Shown: piece after piece, positions 11,401 to 20,938 of the stretch | Position numbering within the stretch: the first letter of the stretch is position 1 | Layout of the letters: every line of letters starts with the position of its first letter | From: an uncultured Acidobacteriota bacterium | GTDB lineage: Bacteria > Acidobacteriota > Vicinamibacteria > Fen-336 | Assembly (NCBI GenBank): GCA_963720545.1 | Contig: OY970399.1 | Location: 384,001-448,000, forward strand | Direction: 5' to 3' | DNA length: 64,000 nt | Position numbers and translations under genes: made by a program | Notes under the pieces: model-generated | Told to the model about the DNA's origin: nothing | The model's database searches: none | The model's input: only the letters and a program-made list of their open reading frames with translations

Positions 11401-13146
11401 CTACTCCCCTTTCGCGGCGGCGCGTCCCTCGCCTTCGACCAGGGTGACGACGCGGTTCGCCGCTTGCGGGCCGAATTCTTCCACGAGTCCGCTCGGCCAA
11501 CGCACCTCGACCCGATCCGCCTGCTTCGCGTCGCCCAGGCCGTAGTGCAGCCGGAAGTCGTTCACGGAGTAGTAGCTCGACTGGCTGAGCAGCGCCTGCG
11601 CCTGGCTGCGGCCGCCAGCGGTAACGATGAGAGTGGCGCCGAGCGCGGAGCGGTTCGAACGCGTGCCGCGCAGGCGGAACGCAAGCCACGCGCGTGCCGG
11701 CGCCAGGTCGTTGCGCAGCAGCGACGGCGGCTCGTTCATGTTCATGACCAGCACGTCCACGTCGCCGTCGTTGTCGTAGTCGCCGAAGGCGGCGCCGCGG
11801 CTCGAGTGCGCCGCCGTCGCGCCGGGACCGCTCAGCGCGCTGACGTCACGAAAGGTGCCGCCGCCGAGGTTCGCGAACACGATGCGCGGGCTGCGGTGCG
11901 GATATTGCGGCAGGTGCTGCTCGATCTCCGGATAGACGTTGCCGGTGACATAGAAGATGTCGGGCAGCCCGTCGTTGTCGAGGTCGGGCAGGCCGCCTCC
12001 CCATTCGACGTAGCGGTTCTGCGCCGCAAGACCGGAGACGCTCGCCACGTCCTCGAACAGGCCGCCGCCGGCGTTGCGGTAGAGCGCGGGGATGTCGTCG
12101 GCGAAGTGCATCTTCAATATGTCGAGCCGGGAGTCCGCGTCGTAGTCGCCGACCGCGAGGCCCATGCCGGCCTGCGCGTTGCCGTACTCGCTGAACGCCG
12201 CGCCGCTCGCGATGGCGCGGTCGGTGAAGGTGCCGTCGCGGTTGTTGCGATAGAGGATGGCGGCGGTGGTGTCGCAGGCGACGTAGAGGTCCACCCAGCC
12301 GTCGCCGTCGAAGTCGGCGGCCGCAACGGTCATCGCGTAGCGCTCCTTCGCCGCCGCGATGCCCGACCGCTCGGAGACGTCTCGAAAGGTGCCGTCCGGC
12401 TCCTGATGGAACAGCTGTTGCGTCTCGAACGGCAGGCCCTTCGGTCCGCAATTGACGGCAATGCCTTTCCACAGGCAGTTCGCCCCGTGGCCCTTTTCGG
12501 CGGCGGTTGCGAGGTCGAACTTCAGGTAGTTCGAGACGAACAGGTCGAGGCGGCCGTCGCGGTCGTAGTCGATGAAGCTGCAGCCACTGCCCCAGCGGGT
12601 TGCGTTCGACGCGAGGCCGCTCTGCGCGGTCGCGTCGGTGAAGCTGCCGGCGCCGGCATTGCGGAACAGACGGTTCTGGCCGTACGCCGTGAGGTACAGG
12701 TCGGTGCGGCCGTCGTTGTCGTAGTCGCCGGCGCAGGCGCTCGACGCCCAGCCAGACGTGCCCAGCCCGGAACGCGCGGTGATGTCCTCGAAGCGGCCGC
12801 TGCCGCGGTTGCGATAGAGGCGCGTCACCGGCGCGTCGGCGGCGCTCCACGAGGCGAGCGCGCGCGTGCCCGGCTGGAGGCGCGCGCCGTTCATCACCAG
12901 CGCGTCGATGAAGCCGTCGTCGTCGACGTCGAGCCAGGCGACGCCCGTGCCATTCGTCTCGATGATGAAGCGCTTCTCGGTTTCGCCGCCGTAGATCACC
13001 GGCCGCGTGAAGCCCGCGGCCTGCGCCACGTCCACGAAACGCACGAGCCAGCCCGGCGCGGCGTCGGCGCGGGCGGCGGAGCGGGCGCCGGCGGCTGCCA
13101 GCAGCGCGGCGCCGGCGAGGACGAACACCGGCCTCACTGGCGTCAC
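11401..13146 (-). CDS. CRTAC1-family (FG-GAP/VCBS repeats + ASPIC/UnbV) secreted protein
   Basis: Signal peptide; repeated D-[YF]-D-x-D-G-x-x-D-L motifs; C-terminal SYYSVNDFRLHYGLG...VRWPSG. Confidence 0.9.
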   Translation of the reverse strand: MTPVRPVFVLAGAALLAAAGARSAARADAAPGWLVRFVDVAQAAGFTRPVIYGGETEKRFIIETNGTGVAWLDVDDDGFIDALVMNGARLQPGTRALASWSAADAPVTRLYRNRGSGRFEDITARSGLGTSGWASSACAGDYDNDGRTDLYLTAYGQNRLFRNAGAGSFTDATAQSGLASNATRWGSGCSFIDYDRDGRLDLFVSNYLKFDLATAAEKGHGANCLWKGIAVNCGPKGLPFETQQLFHQEPDGTFRDVSERSGIAAAKERYAMTVAAADFDGDGWVDLYVACDTTAAILYRNNRDGTFTDRAIASGAAFSEYGNAQAGMGLAVGDYDADSRLDILKMHFADDIPALYRNAGGGLFEDVASVSGLAAQNRYVEWGGGLPDLDNDGLPDIFYVTGNVYPEIEQHLPQYPHRSPRIVFANLGGGTFRDVSALSGPGATAAHSSRGAAFGDYDNDGDVDVLVMNMNEPPSLLRNDLAPARAWLAFRLRGTRSNRSALGATLIVTAGGRSQAQALLSQSSYYSVNDFRLHYGLGDAKQADRVEVRWPSGLVEEFGPQAANRVVTLVEGEGRAAAKGE

Positions 13147-14135
13147 TGGCGGTTCCCCGGTTCGGGCAACGCGCTCGCGGCGGCGAACTCGCGCGCCGCC
13201 TCGTCTTCCCTGCCGAGCCGCTGCAGCGCCTGCGCCAGCAGGTAGTGCGCCGCGCGGTTGTTCGGGTCGAGCCCGGTCGCCTTGCGCAGGTTGCCTTCCG
13301 CGGCGGCCAGGTCGCCGGTGCGCAGGTACGCGCGGCCGAGCAGGATGTAGGGGCCGCTGTAGTCCGGGTTGATCCAGGTGGAGCGCAGCAGCACCGCAAG
13401 CGCCTCCTTCGTCCTGCCCTGTCGCAGGTGCGCGTCGCCCAGCCGGTCCATCGCGAGCGCGTTTGCGGGGTTGAGGGCGAGTTCCTGCTGTAGCAGCGTC
13501 ACCGCTTCGTCGAGGCGGCCGCGGAAGAGAGCGGACTGCCCCAGCAGGAAGTGCGCCTGCGGCAGCTTCGGGTCGAGCTGCACCGCGCGCTTCAGTTCGG
13601 CGTCGCCCGCGTCCTCGAAGCCGGCGCGGATCATCATTTGCGCGGTGACGAGCGACGCGGCGGCGGAATCGGCAGCGACCCCGAATGCCTTCGCCCAGGC
13701 GCCGCGCGCTTTGCTGGAGTCGTTCGCCTGCACGTAGGCGATGCCGAGCGCGTAGGCAGTGTCGGTGCTTTGCGGAAACGCGCGCTGCGTCTCCTCGAGA
13801 TACGGGATCGCCTCGCCGATGCGACCGCTGACGTAGAGCGCGAGGCCGAGCACCTGCACGGCCTCGGGGCGCTCGCTTGCCGAAGGTCCGAGTGCCGCGA
13901 CCGCCGGGCGCAGCACCTCGATTGCCGCGCGCGGGTCGTCCGCATGGAAGAGGGCGATGCCGAGGAGCACCTGCGCCGCGGGATCGGTGCCGCCTTGCGC
14001 GCGCAACAGCGCGACGGCCTCCTTCGCGTGTCCTGCGTCGATCAGGGCGCGCGCGTCTTGCGGCTTCGTCTCAGCCTGAACTTGCGCAAGGCCCAGCCCG
14101 CCGGCCACTGCAACCGCGAACAGGAGCATGCTCAT
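13143..14135 (-). CDS. Secreted TPR protein
   Basis: Start at MSMLLFAVAVAGG (signal peptide); multiple TPR units such as AVQLDPKLPQAHFLLG. Confidence 0.85.
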   Translation of the reverse strand: MSMLLFAVAVAGGLGLAQVQAETKPQDARALIDAGHAKEAVALLRAQGGTDPAAQVLLGIALFHADDPRAAIEVLRPAVAALGPSASERPEAVQVLGLALYVSGRIGEAIPYLEETQRAFPQSTDTAYALGIAYVQANDSSKARGAWAKAFGVAADSAAASLVTAQMMIRAGFEDAGDAELKRAVQLDPKLPQAHFLLGQSALFRGRLDEAVTLLQQELALNPANALAMDRLGDAHLRQGRTKEALAVLLRSTWINPDYSGPYILLGRAYLRTGDLAAAEGNLRKATGLDPNNRAAHYLLAQALQRLGREDEAAREFAAASALPEPGNRQ

Positions 14136-15825
14136 CGCGGTTTCTGCCCGCTGGCTTCGCCTGCTTGCCTTCAACAAGTTCGATGAAGCGATCGACCTTG
14201 AGGCCGGACCAAGACTCTTCGCCACCCGCCGGCCAGCGCACCGTGACCTTGTCGACCCGTTCCGCCCTGCCGAGGCCGAAGTGCACGCGCAGGTCGTTCT
14301 GCGAGATATAGCTGCCGGCGCCGCGCACTTCCTCCACCAGGCGCAGTTCGCCCGCCGCGAGCGTGACGCGCGCGCCGATGGCGTCCCGGTTCGAGCGCTT
14401 GCCGACGAGCCGCAACGTTATCCAGTGGTTCGACGGGTCGGCACGGAGCCTGTAGAGGTCGGGCGTGTCGTGAACGTTGTTCACCAGCACGTCCACCGAG
14501 CCGTCGTTGTCGAAGTCGCCAAAGGCCGCGCCGCGTGCCGCCTTCGGCTCGGTCATCGCCGCACCGAGCGCTTCGGTGATGTCCTCGAAGCGGCCGTTCT
14601 GCAGGTTGCGGTACACGACCTTGCGCTGCTGGTACGCGGCCTCGGTCGCGAGCTTGTGCACCTCGGGATAGACGTGGCCGTTCGCCAGGAACAAGTCGAG
14701 CCACGAGTCGTTGTCGAGGTCGATGAAGCCGGCGCCCCAGCCGAGCCAGCGGGTATTGCGGCCGAGCCCGGCGGCGAAGGTGCGGTCTTCGCACGAGCCG
14801 CGGCCGGTGTTGCGGTAGAGCGAGGTGGTGTCGCCGGCGAAGTTGGTCTTGACGATGTCCATGGCGCCGTCGTGATCGTAGTCGCCGATGGCGAGGCCCA
14901 TGCCGGCCTGCGGCTTGCCGTCCTGACTGTAACCGCAGCCGGCGGAGACGCCGACGTCTGTGAAGGTGCCGTCGTGGTTGTTGCGGTACAGGGCGCTCGG
15001 GTTGCTGTCGTTGGCGACATAGGCGTCGCTCCAACCGTCGTCGTCGAAGTCGAAGCTGACAGCGCCGAGGCCGTAGGTGCCATTGGCTCTCGTGATGCCG
15101 CTGCGTTCGGAGACGTCCTCGAAGCGCAGCCCGCCGAGGTTGTGGTACAGGATGTTCTTGCCGCCGCGCAGTCCCGGCGGACCGCAAGCCACGGGAATGC
15201 CCTTGTAACGGCACAGGCCACTCTCCGGAGTCGGCGCGGTCTTGAGGTCGAGGTCGATGTAGTTCGCGACGATGAGGTCGAGGCGGCCGTCGCGGTCGTA
15301 GTCGAAAAAGGCGCAGCCGGTGCTCCAGCGGTCGGCCGGGTCGCGCGTGCCCGACGCCGCGCTGATGTCCTCGAACGTGCCGTTGCCCTTGTTGCGATAC
15401 AGGCGGTTGCGGCCGAAGTAGGTCACGAACAGGTCTTCGTAGCCGTCGTTGTCGATGTCGCCCGCGCACACGCCCTGGCCCCAGCCGCTCGCACCCAGGC
15501 CAGAGGCCTGAGTGACGTCGGTGAAGGTGCCGTCGCCGCGATTGCGATAGAGGTGGTTGATCGGCTCTTCGCCCTTCGGGAAGCCCGCGAGCGTCGAGCC
15601 GTTCACCAGGAACACGTCGAGGTTGCCGTCGTTGTCGTAATCGATGAAGCCGGCGCCGCAGCCGGTGGTCTCGAGGAGGTAGCGGTTCTCTTCCTTGCCG
15701 CCGAAAACCGTGACCGCGGCGAGTCCAGCTTCCTTTGCCACGTTCGTGAAGCCGAACTGCAGCGGCGGCGTGGACGCCGCCTGCGCAGCTGCGAGCGTGA
15801 GCGCCGCTGCCGCGAGCAGCTTCAT
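14071..15825 (-). CDS. CRTAC1-family (FG-GAP + ASPIC/UnbV) secreted protein
   Basis: Signal peptide; DYDNDGNLD-type repeats; GSYISQNDLRVHFGLG...VRWP; paralogue of 11401-13146. Confidence 0.9.
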   Translation of the reverse strand: MKLLAAAALTLAAAQAASTPPLQFGFTNVAKEAGLAAVTVFGGKEENRYLLETTGCGAGFIDYDNDGNLDVFLVNGSTLAGFPKGEEPINHLYRNRGDGTFTDVTQASGLGASGWGQGVCAGDIDNDGYEDLFVTYFGRNRLYRNKGNGTFEDISAASGTRDPADRWSTGCAFFDYDRDGRLDLIVANYIDLDLKTAPTPESGLCRYKGIPVACGPPGLRGGKNILYHNLGGLRFEDVSERSGITRANGTYGLGAVSFDFDDDGWSDAYVANDSNPSALYRNNHDGTFTDVGVSAGCGYSQDGKPQAGMGLAIGDYDHDGAMDIVKTNFAGDTTSLYRNTGRGSCEDRTFAAGLGRNTRWLGWGAGFIDLDNDSWLDLFLANGHVYPEVHKLATEAAYQQRKVVYRNLQNGRFEDITEALGAAMTEPKAARGAAFGDFDNDGSVDVLVNNVHDTPDLYRLRADPSNHWITLRLVGKRSNRDAIGARVTLAAGELRLVEEVRGAGSYISQNDLRVHFGLGRAERVDKVTVRWPAGGEESWSGLKVDRFIELVEGKQAKPAGRNRDEHAPVRGCSGRRAGPCASSG

Positions 15826-17456
15826 GAGGTGCGCCCTTTGCGGCCGTAATAGGGAGCGAGGCGGATGGCCTCGGTGCGCTCCGCGCGCGCGCCCGCGCTG
15901 TCGCCGCGCTTTTCGAGGAGCTCGGCCAGCCGCCAGTGTGCCTCGGCATTGTCGGGCATGAGCTGCAGCGTCTCGCGCAACCCCTCGATGGCGCCGCCGT
16001 CGTCGCCGGCCTTCGCCTTCGCCTCCGCCGCCGCAAACGCGAAGGCGGCCGCCTGCGCGTCGGACTTCTTCTTGTTGAGCTGGTCGGCCACGGCGAACGC
16101 GGCCCGCGCGCCCTCCGCGTCGTCGCGACCCTTCAGGATCTGTCCAAGCAGCAATTGCGCTTCTGCCATCCGCGGCGCGAGACGCACGGCCTCGCGCACT
16201 TCGGAGAGCGCCTCGTCGTTCTCACCTTGCTGCACCAGCACCGTTGCCAGCATCGAGTGCGCCTCGGCGTAGTCGGGACGCACCACGGTGGCGGCGCGGA
16301 ACGACGTCGCCGCTTCCTCGGCGCGTCCCGTCTGCCAGTAGATGACGCCGAGCGTGTACGGCGCGTCGGGCAGCGTCGGGTCGAGGGCTACGGCGCGCTT
16401 CAGTTCGGTTTCGGCCGGGCCGAAGTCATCCTTCTGCTTCAGCGCCATGCCGAGGTTGTAGGCCGCCACCGCGTTCGACGGTGCGCGCTGCGCGAGGTCG
16501 CGGTAGAGGTTGACGGCTGCTTCGAGTTCGCCCTTCTGCAGCAGGGCGGTGCCGAGGTTCACGCGCGCCGTGACATCGTCGTCGTGGTCCTCGAGCCAGG
16601 CTTTCAGCAGCACCATGGCTTCGTCGGCGGCGCCTTTCTCGATGAGCGCGATGCTGAGCGCGCTGGTGATCTCGGCGGAGTCCGGCTGCAGCTCGCGCGC
16701 CGCGCGCAGCTCCTCGACTGCGCCGGTGCGGTCGCCCATCTCCTGGAGCAAGAGCCCGAGCTGCAGCCGCGCGAGGCCGAGCGCCGGGTCGAGCTCGACG
16801 GCGCGGTCCAGCTCGCGCAGAGCGTCGGCCGGATGGCCGAGCTTGCGGTGCACCAGGCCGAGGTAGTAGCGGCTTTCCGCATGCGCGTCGCGCAGGGCTA
16901 CGGCGCGCGCGAGCGGCCCGAGCGCGCCGGCGGAGTCGCCGGTCCACCAGAGCGTGGCGCCGAGGTGGTACTGCGCGTCGAACAGCTTCGCGTCGAGCGC
17001 CACGGCCTCGCGAAACTGCTGCAGCGCCTCGCCGGTACGGCCCTGCTGGCCGCGCACGAAGCCGAGCCGGTCGTGCGCGGGCGCGAACTTCGCATCGAGC
17101 GCGATCGACTTCGCGAATGCGGCCGCCGCTTCGTCGAGGCTGCGGCGCGCCTCGAACACCAGGCCGAGGATGTAGGGCGGCTGCGCATTCCGCGGCTCGA
17201 GCCGGGCCGCCGATTCCAGCTGCTGCTGCGCGTCGTCATAACGGCCGGCCTGGTAGAGCGTGAGGCCCGCGGCTATGGCGTGCTGCGCCGTCTGCGCGCG
17301 TGCGGGTTTGGCGGCGGCGGGCTTGGCGGCGGCAGGCCCGGCAGGCTGCGCCGGCCGCGCGGCCATGGCCTTCGGGGTGCTGCCCGGCGCGAGCGCAACG
17401 GCCAGTGTGGCGAGGGCGAGAGCGGCGCCACGGGCGGGCCGCGGGCGGAGGAACAT
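15822..17456 (-). CDS. Secreted multi-TPR protein
   Basis: True start probably ATG 17456 (MFLRPRPARG..., signal peptide), followed by about 12 TPR repeats. Confidence 0.85.
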   Translation of the reverse strand: MFLRPRPARGAALALATLAVALAPGSTPKAMAARPAQPAGPAAAKPAAAKPARAQTAQHAIAAGLTLYQAGRYDDAQQQLESAARLEPRNAQPPYILGLVFEARRSLDEAAAAFAKSIALDAKFAPAHDRLGFVRGQQGRTGEALQQFREAVALDAKLFDAQYHLGATLWWTGDSAGALGPLARAVALRDAHAESRYYLGLVHRKLGHPADALRELDRAVELDPALGLARLQLGLLLQEMGDRTGAVEELRAARELQPDSAEITSALSIALIEKGAADEAMVLLKAWLEDHDDDVTARVNLGTALLQKGELEAAVNLYRDLAQRAPSNAVAAYNLGMALKQKDDFGPAETELKRAVALDPTLPDAPYTLGVIYWQTGRAEEAATSFRAATVVRPDYAEAHSMLATVLVQQGENDEALSEVREAVRLAPRMAEAQLLLGQILKGRDDAEGARAAFAVADQLNKKKSDAQAAAFAFAAAEAKAKAGDDGGAIEGLRETLQLMPDNAEAHWRLAELLEKRGDSAGARAERTEAIRLAPYYGRKGRTS

Positions 17457-17492
17457 GCTGTTCGATGTTAGTTGAAGTGTTATGTTCGCGCG

Positions 17493-18152
17493 GTGGGATT
17501 GGGGCGCAAGCTGAAGATGGTGGGCCTCGGCATCGCGGCAGTGGCTGCCCTGGGCGCGGCCTCGTTCTACGGCTACATGCAGCTGGTCAAGGCCGGCTAC
17601 ATCAAGTACAACAAGTACGACAAGCGCTCGCGCGGCGAGCTGCAGGTCGGCAGCCAGGTGCCCGACCTCGAGGTCGCGATGTACGACGGCAGCAAGGGAC
17701 GGCTCTCCGACCTGTGGAACCGCCCGGTGATGCTGGTGTTCGGCAGCTGCACCTGACCGCCGTTCCGCAAGAAGATCGTGGATCTTCATCGCATTTACGA
17801 CAAGTACAAGGACCGGGCGGAATTCCTCACCGTCTACATTTCCGAGGCCCACCCGAACGACGAGTGGCAGATGGACTCGAACCGCAAGGAGCAGTTCGTC
17901 TACGACCAGCCGAAGAACTTCGAGGCGCGCCGCGAGCTCGCGAAGGTGTTGGTGGACCGCCTGCAGTACCGCATCCCGGTCGCCATCGACAGCATCGACA
18001 ACCGCGCCGAGTCGCTGTTCGGCGCCTGGCCCGAACGCATCTACGTGCTGGAACCGGGCGGCCGCATCGCCTTCAAGGGAGAAATGGGCCCGTTCGGCTT
18101 CCACCCCGACGAAGGCGAAAAGGCACTGGCAGCTGTCCTCGCCAAACAGTAA
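17493..18152 (+). CDS. Iodothyronine deiodinase-like thioredoxin-fold selenoprotein (Sec at TGA 17754-17756)
   Basis: ORFs 17472-17756 and 17778-18152 share a frame. Read-through gives RPVMLVFGSCT-U-PPF...FLTVYISEAHPNDEW...WPERIYV, matching deiodinase motifs, with an N-terminal TM segment. Confidence 0.9.
17767..17792 (+). promoter_or_regulatory. Putative bacterial SECIS hairpin
   Basis: GAAGATC-GTG-GATCTTC perfect 7-bp stem (17771-17787); the G-initiated apical loop starts 21 nt after the UGA. Confidence 0.65.
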
Positions 18153-18163
18153 GCCTTCATTTC

Positions 18164-18280
18164 CTGAGTGTTGACTGAAGGCTGAGTATTGACTGAAGCC
18201 TAGGGGTTGACTGAAGCCACGAGGATTACTCAGTCACTCCTCGGGCAGCAGCCAACGACACGCTGCCCTCGTCGGGCTAC
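18164..18280. repeat. Composite repeat, left copy: 3 x 18-bp TTGACTGAAG units + hairpin + one REP-like unit
   Basis: TTGACTGAAG at 18171, 18189 and 18207, then GTCACTCCTCGGGCAGC-AGCCAACGACAC-GCTGCCCTCGTCGGGCTAC (18233-18280). Confidence 0.9.
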
Positions 18281-18282
18281 CC

Positions 18283-20904
18283 TCATCGAGCGTTACTCCA
18301 ATTCATGAGCAAAGTCAGCGGGGCGGTATCGAGCTGGTCGGCGGTGTTGATCAGGAAACGGCGGCCGTCGGCGGAAACGACGTACTGCTGGCGGTGGATC
18401 GGGGCGAACGGAACGATCACGGGCGCGACGAAGAGCGGCACCGGCGTGCCCACCGCCGCGGCGAGGTTGGCTTCCTCGCGAATCGCCACCGCCATCAGGT
18501 GCTTGTCGGGCGCCACGTAGAAGACCTCCTTGCCATCGGCCCGCCAACGGACCTGAGTGCCACCGCCCACGGAGACCTTGTGTCTCGAACCGGGACGCGG
18601 GAACGACTGAAGGTAGATCTCGGCATGGCCGAGCTCGTCGGATTCGAAGGCCACGAAACGGCCGTCCGGAGAAAACTGGGCATCGCGCTCGTTGTACTGC
18701 GTGCTGGCAACCCGAACCTTGTCCTGGTCTGCCACGGACCACGCCCACAGGTCGAACGTCGCCGTCGCCGGATCGATCTCCTTGTACAGCACGAACCGCC
18801 CATCGCGCGACCAGTCGGTTGCAATCCTGACGACACCACGGTCGTCCATGAGCGGCTGGTCGGCGGCCGAACCATCCAGCCGCTTGACCGTCAAGCCCCG
18901 CTGAGGAGTGTTGTAGACGAGTCTGCTGCCGTCCGCGGACCAGACTGGCATCGCGTCGACGCCGGGATCGACCGTAAGCCGGTCGAACGTGTTGCGCTCC
19001 AGGTCGAGCGTGTAGATGTCGGTGTTCTGGCGCTCGGTCGCCTGCACGGCGACGCGCTTGCCGTCCAGGGACAGGGCCGGGTTGTTGACGTACGGCGGCG
19101 CCTGCTCGCCACTCGCGACTCCCAGCTCCTTCCCCGAACGGTCGAACCAGATGAGCCGGCGGCGGCGCACCTGCGCTTCGCCGGGACGATAGGCGATCGA
19201 ACCCGCCGCGGACACGGACAGGCCGACCGAGACGCCGTCGATGACCACGCGGTCCGCGACCTGTTTCATCGTGCCGCTCAGCGTCCGCGATGCCGGGTCG
19301 AACGCCTGCGCCAGCAGAGAGCGCTCCTGCACGAACAGCAGGTGTCCCGCGGTGTAGCGGGCCGGCCCATCGGCAGCCGTCAAGCGGCGGCTTTCGGCGC
19401 CGTCGAGTGAGCCGACATAGACCCCCGGTTCCGCGTCGCCGCCTGCTGGCACGTAGAAGAGGAAGTGCCGGCCATCCGGCAGGAATTGCGGGAAGCGCGT
19501 GAGCCGGCCCGCGGTTCCGAGGACGATTTCCTTCCGCTCTCCACCCGCTGCCGGGATCTGAAACATCCCGGCGTTGTCGACCGGCACGTAGAGGATGGTG
19601 CCATCCTGATTCCACGTTCCGCCCCCCGGCGTCAGCGTATGGGCGATCGCAACTGGTGTTCCGCCGTCGAGGTTGAGCACCATGAGCCTGCTGGCGGTGA
19701 AGAAGCCGACGGAGCGGCCATCGGGCGACCAGAACGGGTGAAGCGCATCCTGAGCACCTGGAAGCGGACGCGTGGCGCCGGTGTCGAGCGAGCGCAGGAA
19801 AAGCTGCCGCCCCTCCTGCTCGCTGCCGCTGAATACGAGCGCGCGGCCATCCGGCGACAAGGCGAAGGAAGTCGGCGCGAACGTTCCGGGAGTGTCGATA
19901 TCCACGAAAGAGGCCCGGGCCGACATCGAACCCGGACGCGCCAGGCGTTGCGACGCGAACCCGGCGCCCAGAGCGACGGCGACGAGCGCGGCACCCCATG
20001 CCACGCGCTCAGGGCGCGTCACCCTCTTCGCGCGCTCGGGCGACAGCGGCTCTCCCCGCATGGCATCGTCCAGGTCCAGCCTCGCATCGGCGATGTCCTG
20101 CTGCCGCTGCCGCAGGTTCTTCTCGAGGCAGCGGCGCAGGAGTCGTTCGATGCCGGCCGGCAGCGCGGGCAGCGCCGACCACGCGGGCTCGCTCTTCAGG
20201 ACCTCGGCGATCGCGTCAGAGGCATTTTCACCCGCGAACGGCCGCCGGCCGGCGAGCATCTCGAACAAGACGACGCCGAACGACCAGATGTCGGCGCGTC
20301 GATCGACGCTCTCGCCGCGCGCCTGTTCCGGCGCCATGTAGGCCGCGGTCCCCAGCACGACTCCGGCGCGCGTGTCGTACCGGGTGAGCGTCGCCGCGGC
20401 CGGCTCGCCCCCGCCCGGGGTGCCTTCGAGGGCCTTCGCGAGCCCGAAATCCAGCACCTTGACGGTGCCGTCCTGGCGCACCTTGATGTTGGCGGGCTTC
20501 AGGTCGCGGTGGACGATGCCCCGCGCGTGCGCCGCTTCCAGGGCCTCGGCCACCGCGCGCGCGATCGCGAGCGCCGGCTCGAGGGCGATTGCACCGCGGG
20601 CCAGGCGCTCGGCAAGCGTCTCCCCCGCGACCAGCTCCATGACCACGGCACGGATGCCGCCGTCGTTCTCGAGGCCGTAGACGCGGGCGATGTTCGGGTG
20701 ATCGAGCGCTGCCAGGACGCGTGCCTCGCGTTCGAGCCGGGCCACGCGGTCGCTGTCCGCGGCGAAGGCGTCGGGCAGCACCTTGATCGCGACCTCGCGC
20801 TCCAGCCTGGTGTCGCGCGCGCGATACACCTCGCCCATGGCGCCTGCTCCGACAGCCGCGAGGATCTCGTAGGCGCCGATGCGCGAGCCGGCGGGATGCG
20901 GCAT
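18283..20904 (-). CDS. Hanks-type Ser/Thr kinase with TM segment and TolB/PD40 beta-propeller C-terminus
   Basis: GAGAMGEVY, VAIK, HRDLKPAN, DFGLAK and YMAPEQ motifs; repeated SPDG/WSxDG units. Confidence 0.95.
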   Translation of the reverse strand: MPHPAGSRIGAYEILAAVGAGAMGEVYRARDTRLEREVAIKVLPDAFAADSDRVARLEREARVLAALDHPNIARVYGLENDGGIRAVVMELVAGETLAERLARGAIALEPALAIARAVAEALEAAHARGIVHRDLKPANIKVRQDGTVKVLDFGLAKALEGTPGGGEPAAATLTRYDTRAGVVLGTAAYMAPEQARGESVDRRADIWSFGVVLFEMLAGRRPFAGENASDAIAEVLKSEPAWSALPALPAGIERLLRRCLEKNLRQRQQDIADARLDLDDAMRGEPLSPERAKRVTRPERVAWGAALVAVALGAGFASQRLARPGSMSARASFVDIDTPGTFAPTSFALSPDGRALVFSGSEQEGRQLFLRSLDTGATRPLPGAQDALHPFWSPDGRSVGFFTASRLMVLNLDGGTPVAIAHTLTPGGGTWNQDGTILYVPVDNAGMFQIPAAGGERKEIVLGTAGRLTRFPQFLPDGRHFLFYVPAGGDAEPGVYVGSLDGAESRRLTAADGPARYTAGHLLFVQERSLLAQAFDPASRTLSGTMKQVADRVVIDGVSVGLSVSAAGSIAYRPGEAQVRRRRLIWFDRSGKELGVASGEQAPPYVNNPALSLDGKRVAVQATERQNTDIYTLDLERNTFDRLTVDPGVDAMPVWSADGSRLVYNTPQRGLTVKRLDGSAADQPLMDDRGVVRIATDWSRDGRFVLYKEIDPATATFDLWAWSVADQDKVRVASTQYNERDAQFSPDGRFVAFESDELGHAEIYLQSFPRPGSRHKVSVGGGTQVRWRADGKEVFYVAPDKHLMAVAIREEANLAAAVGTPVPLFVAPVIVPFAPIHRQQYVVSADGRRFLINTADQLDTAPLTLLMNWSNAR

Positions 20905-20938
20905 GCGACGGCGATTCTAAGCCTGCGTCATGACTGCG

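Noticed and set aside
14071..14135. 65-bp overlap between the CRTAC1 3' end and the TPR gene start
   Set aside because: A single-base shift would give the usual ATGA overlap at 14132-14135; more likely an indel or trivial stop drift than a functional overlap.
18164..18220. Repeated TGA codons in the 18-bp units as a multi-Sec extension of the selenoprotein
   Set aside because: The selenoprotein ends at TAA 18150-18152, the repeat TGAs are in another frame, and the 17-bp period of the right copy does not preserve frame.
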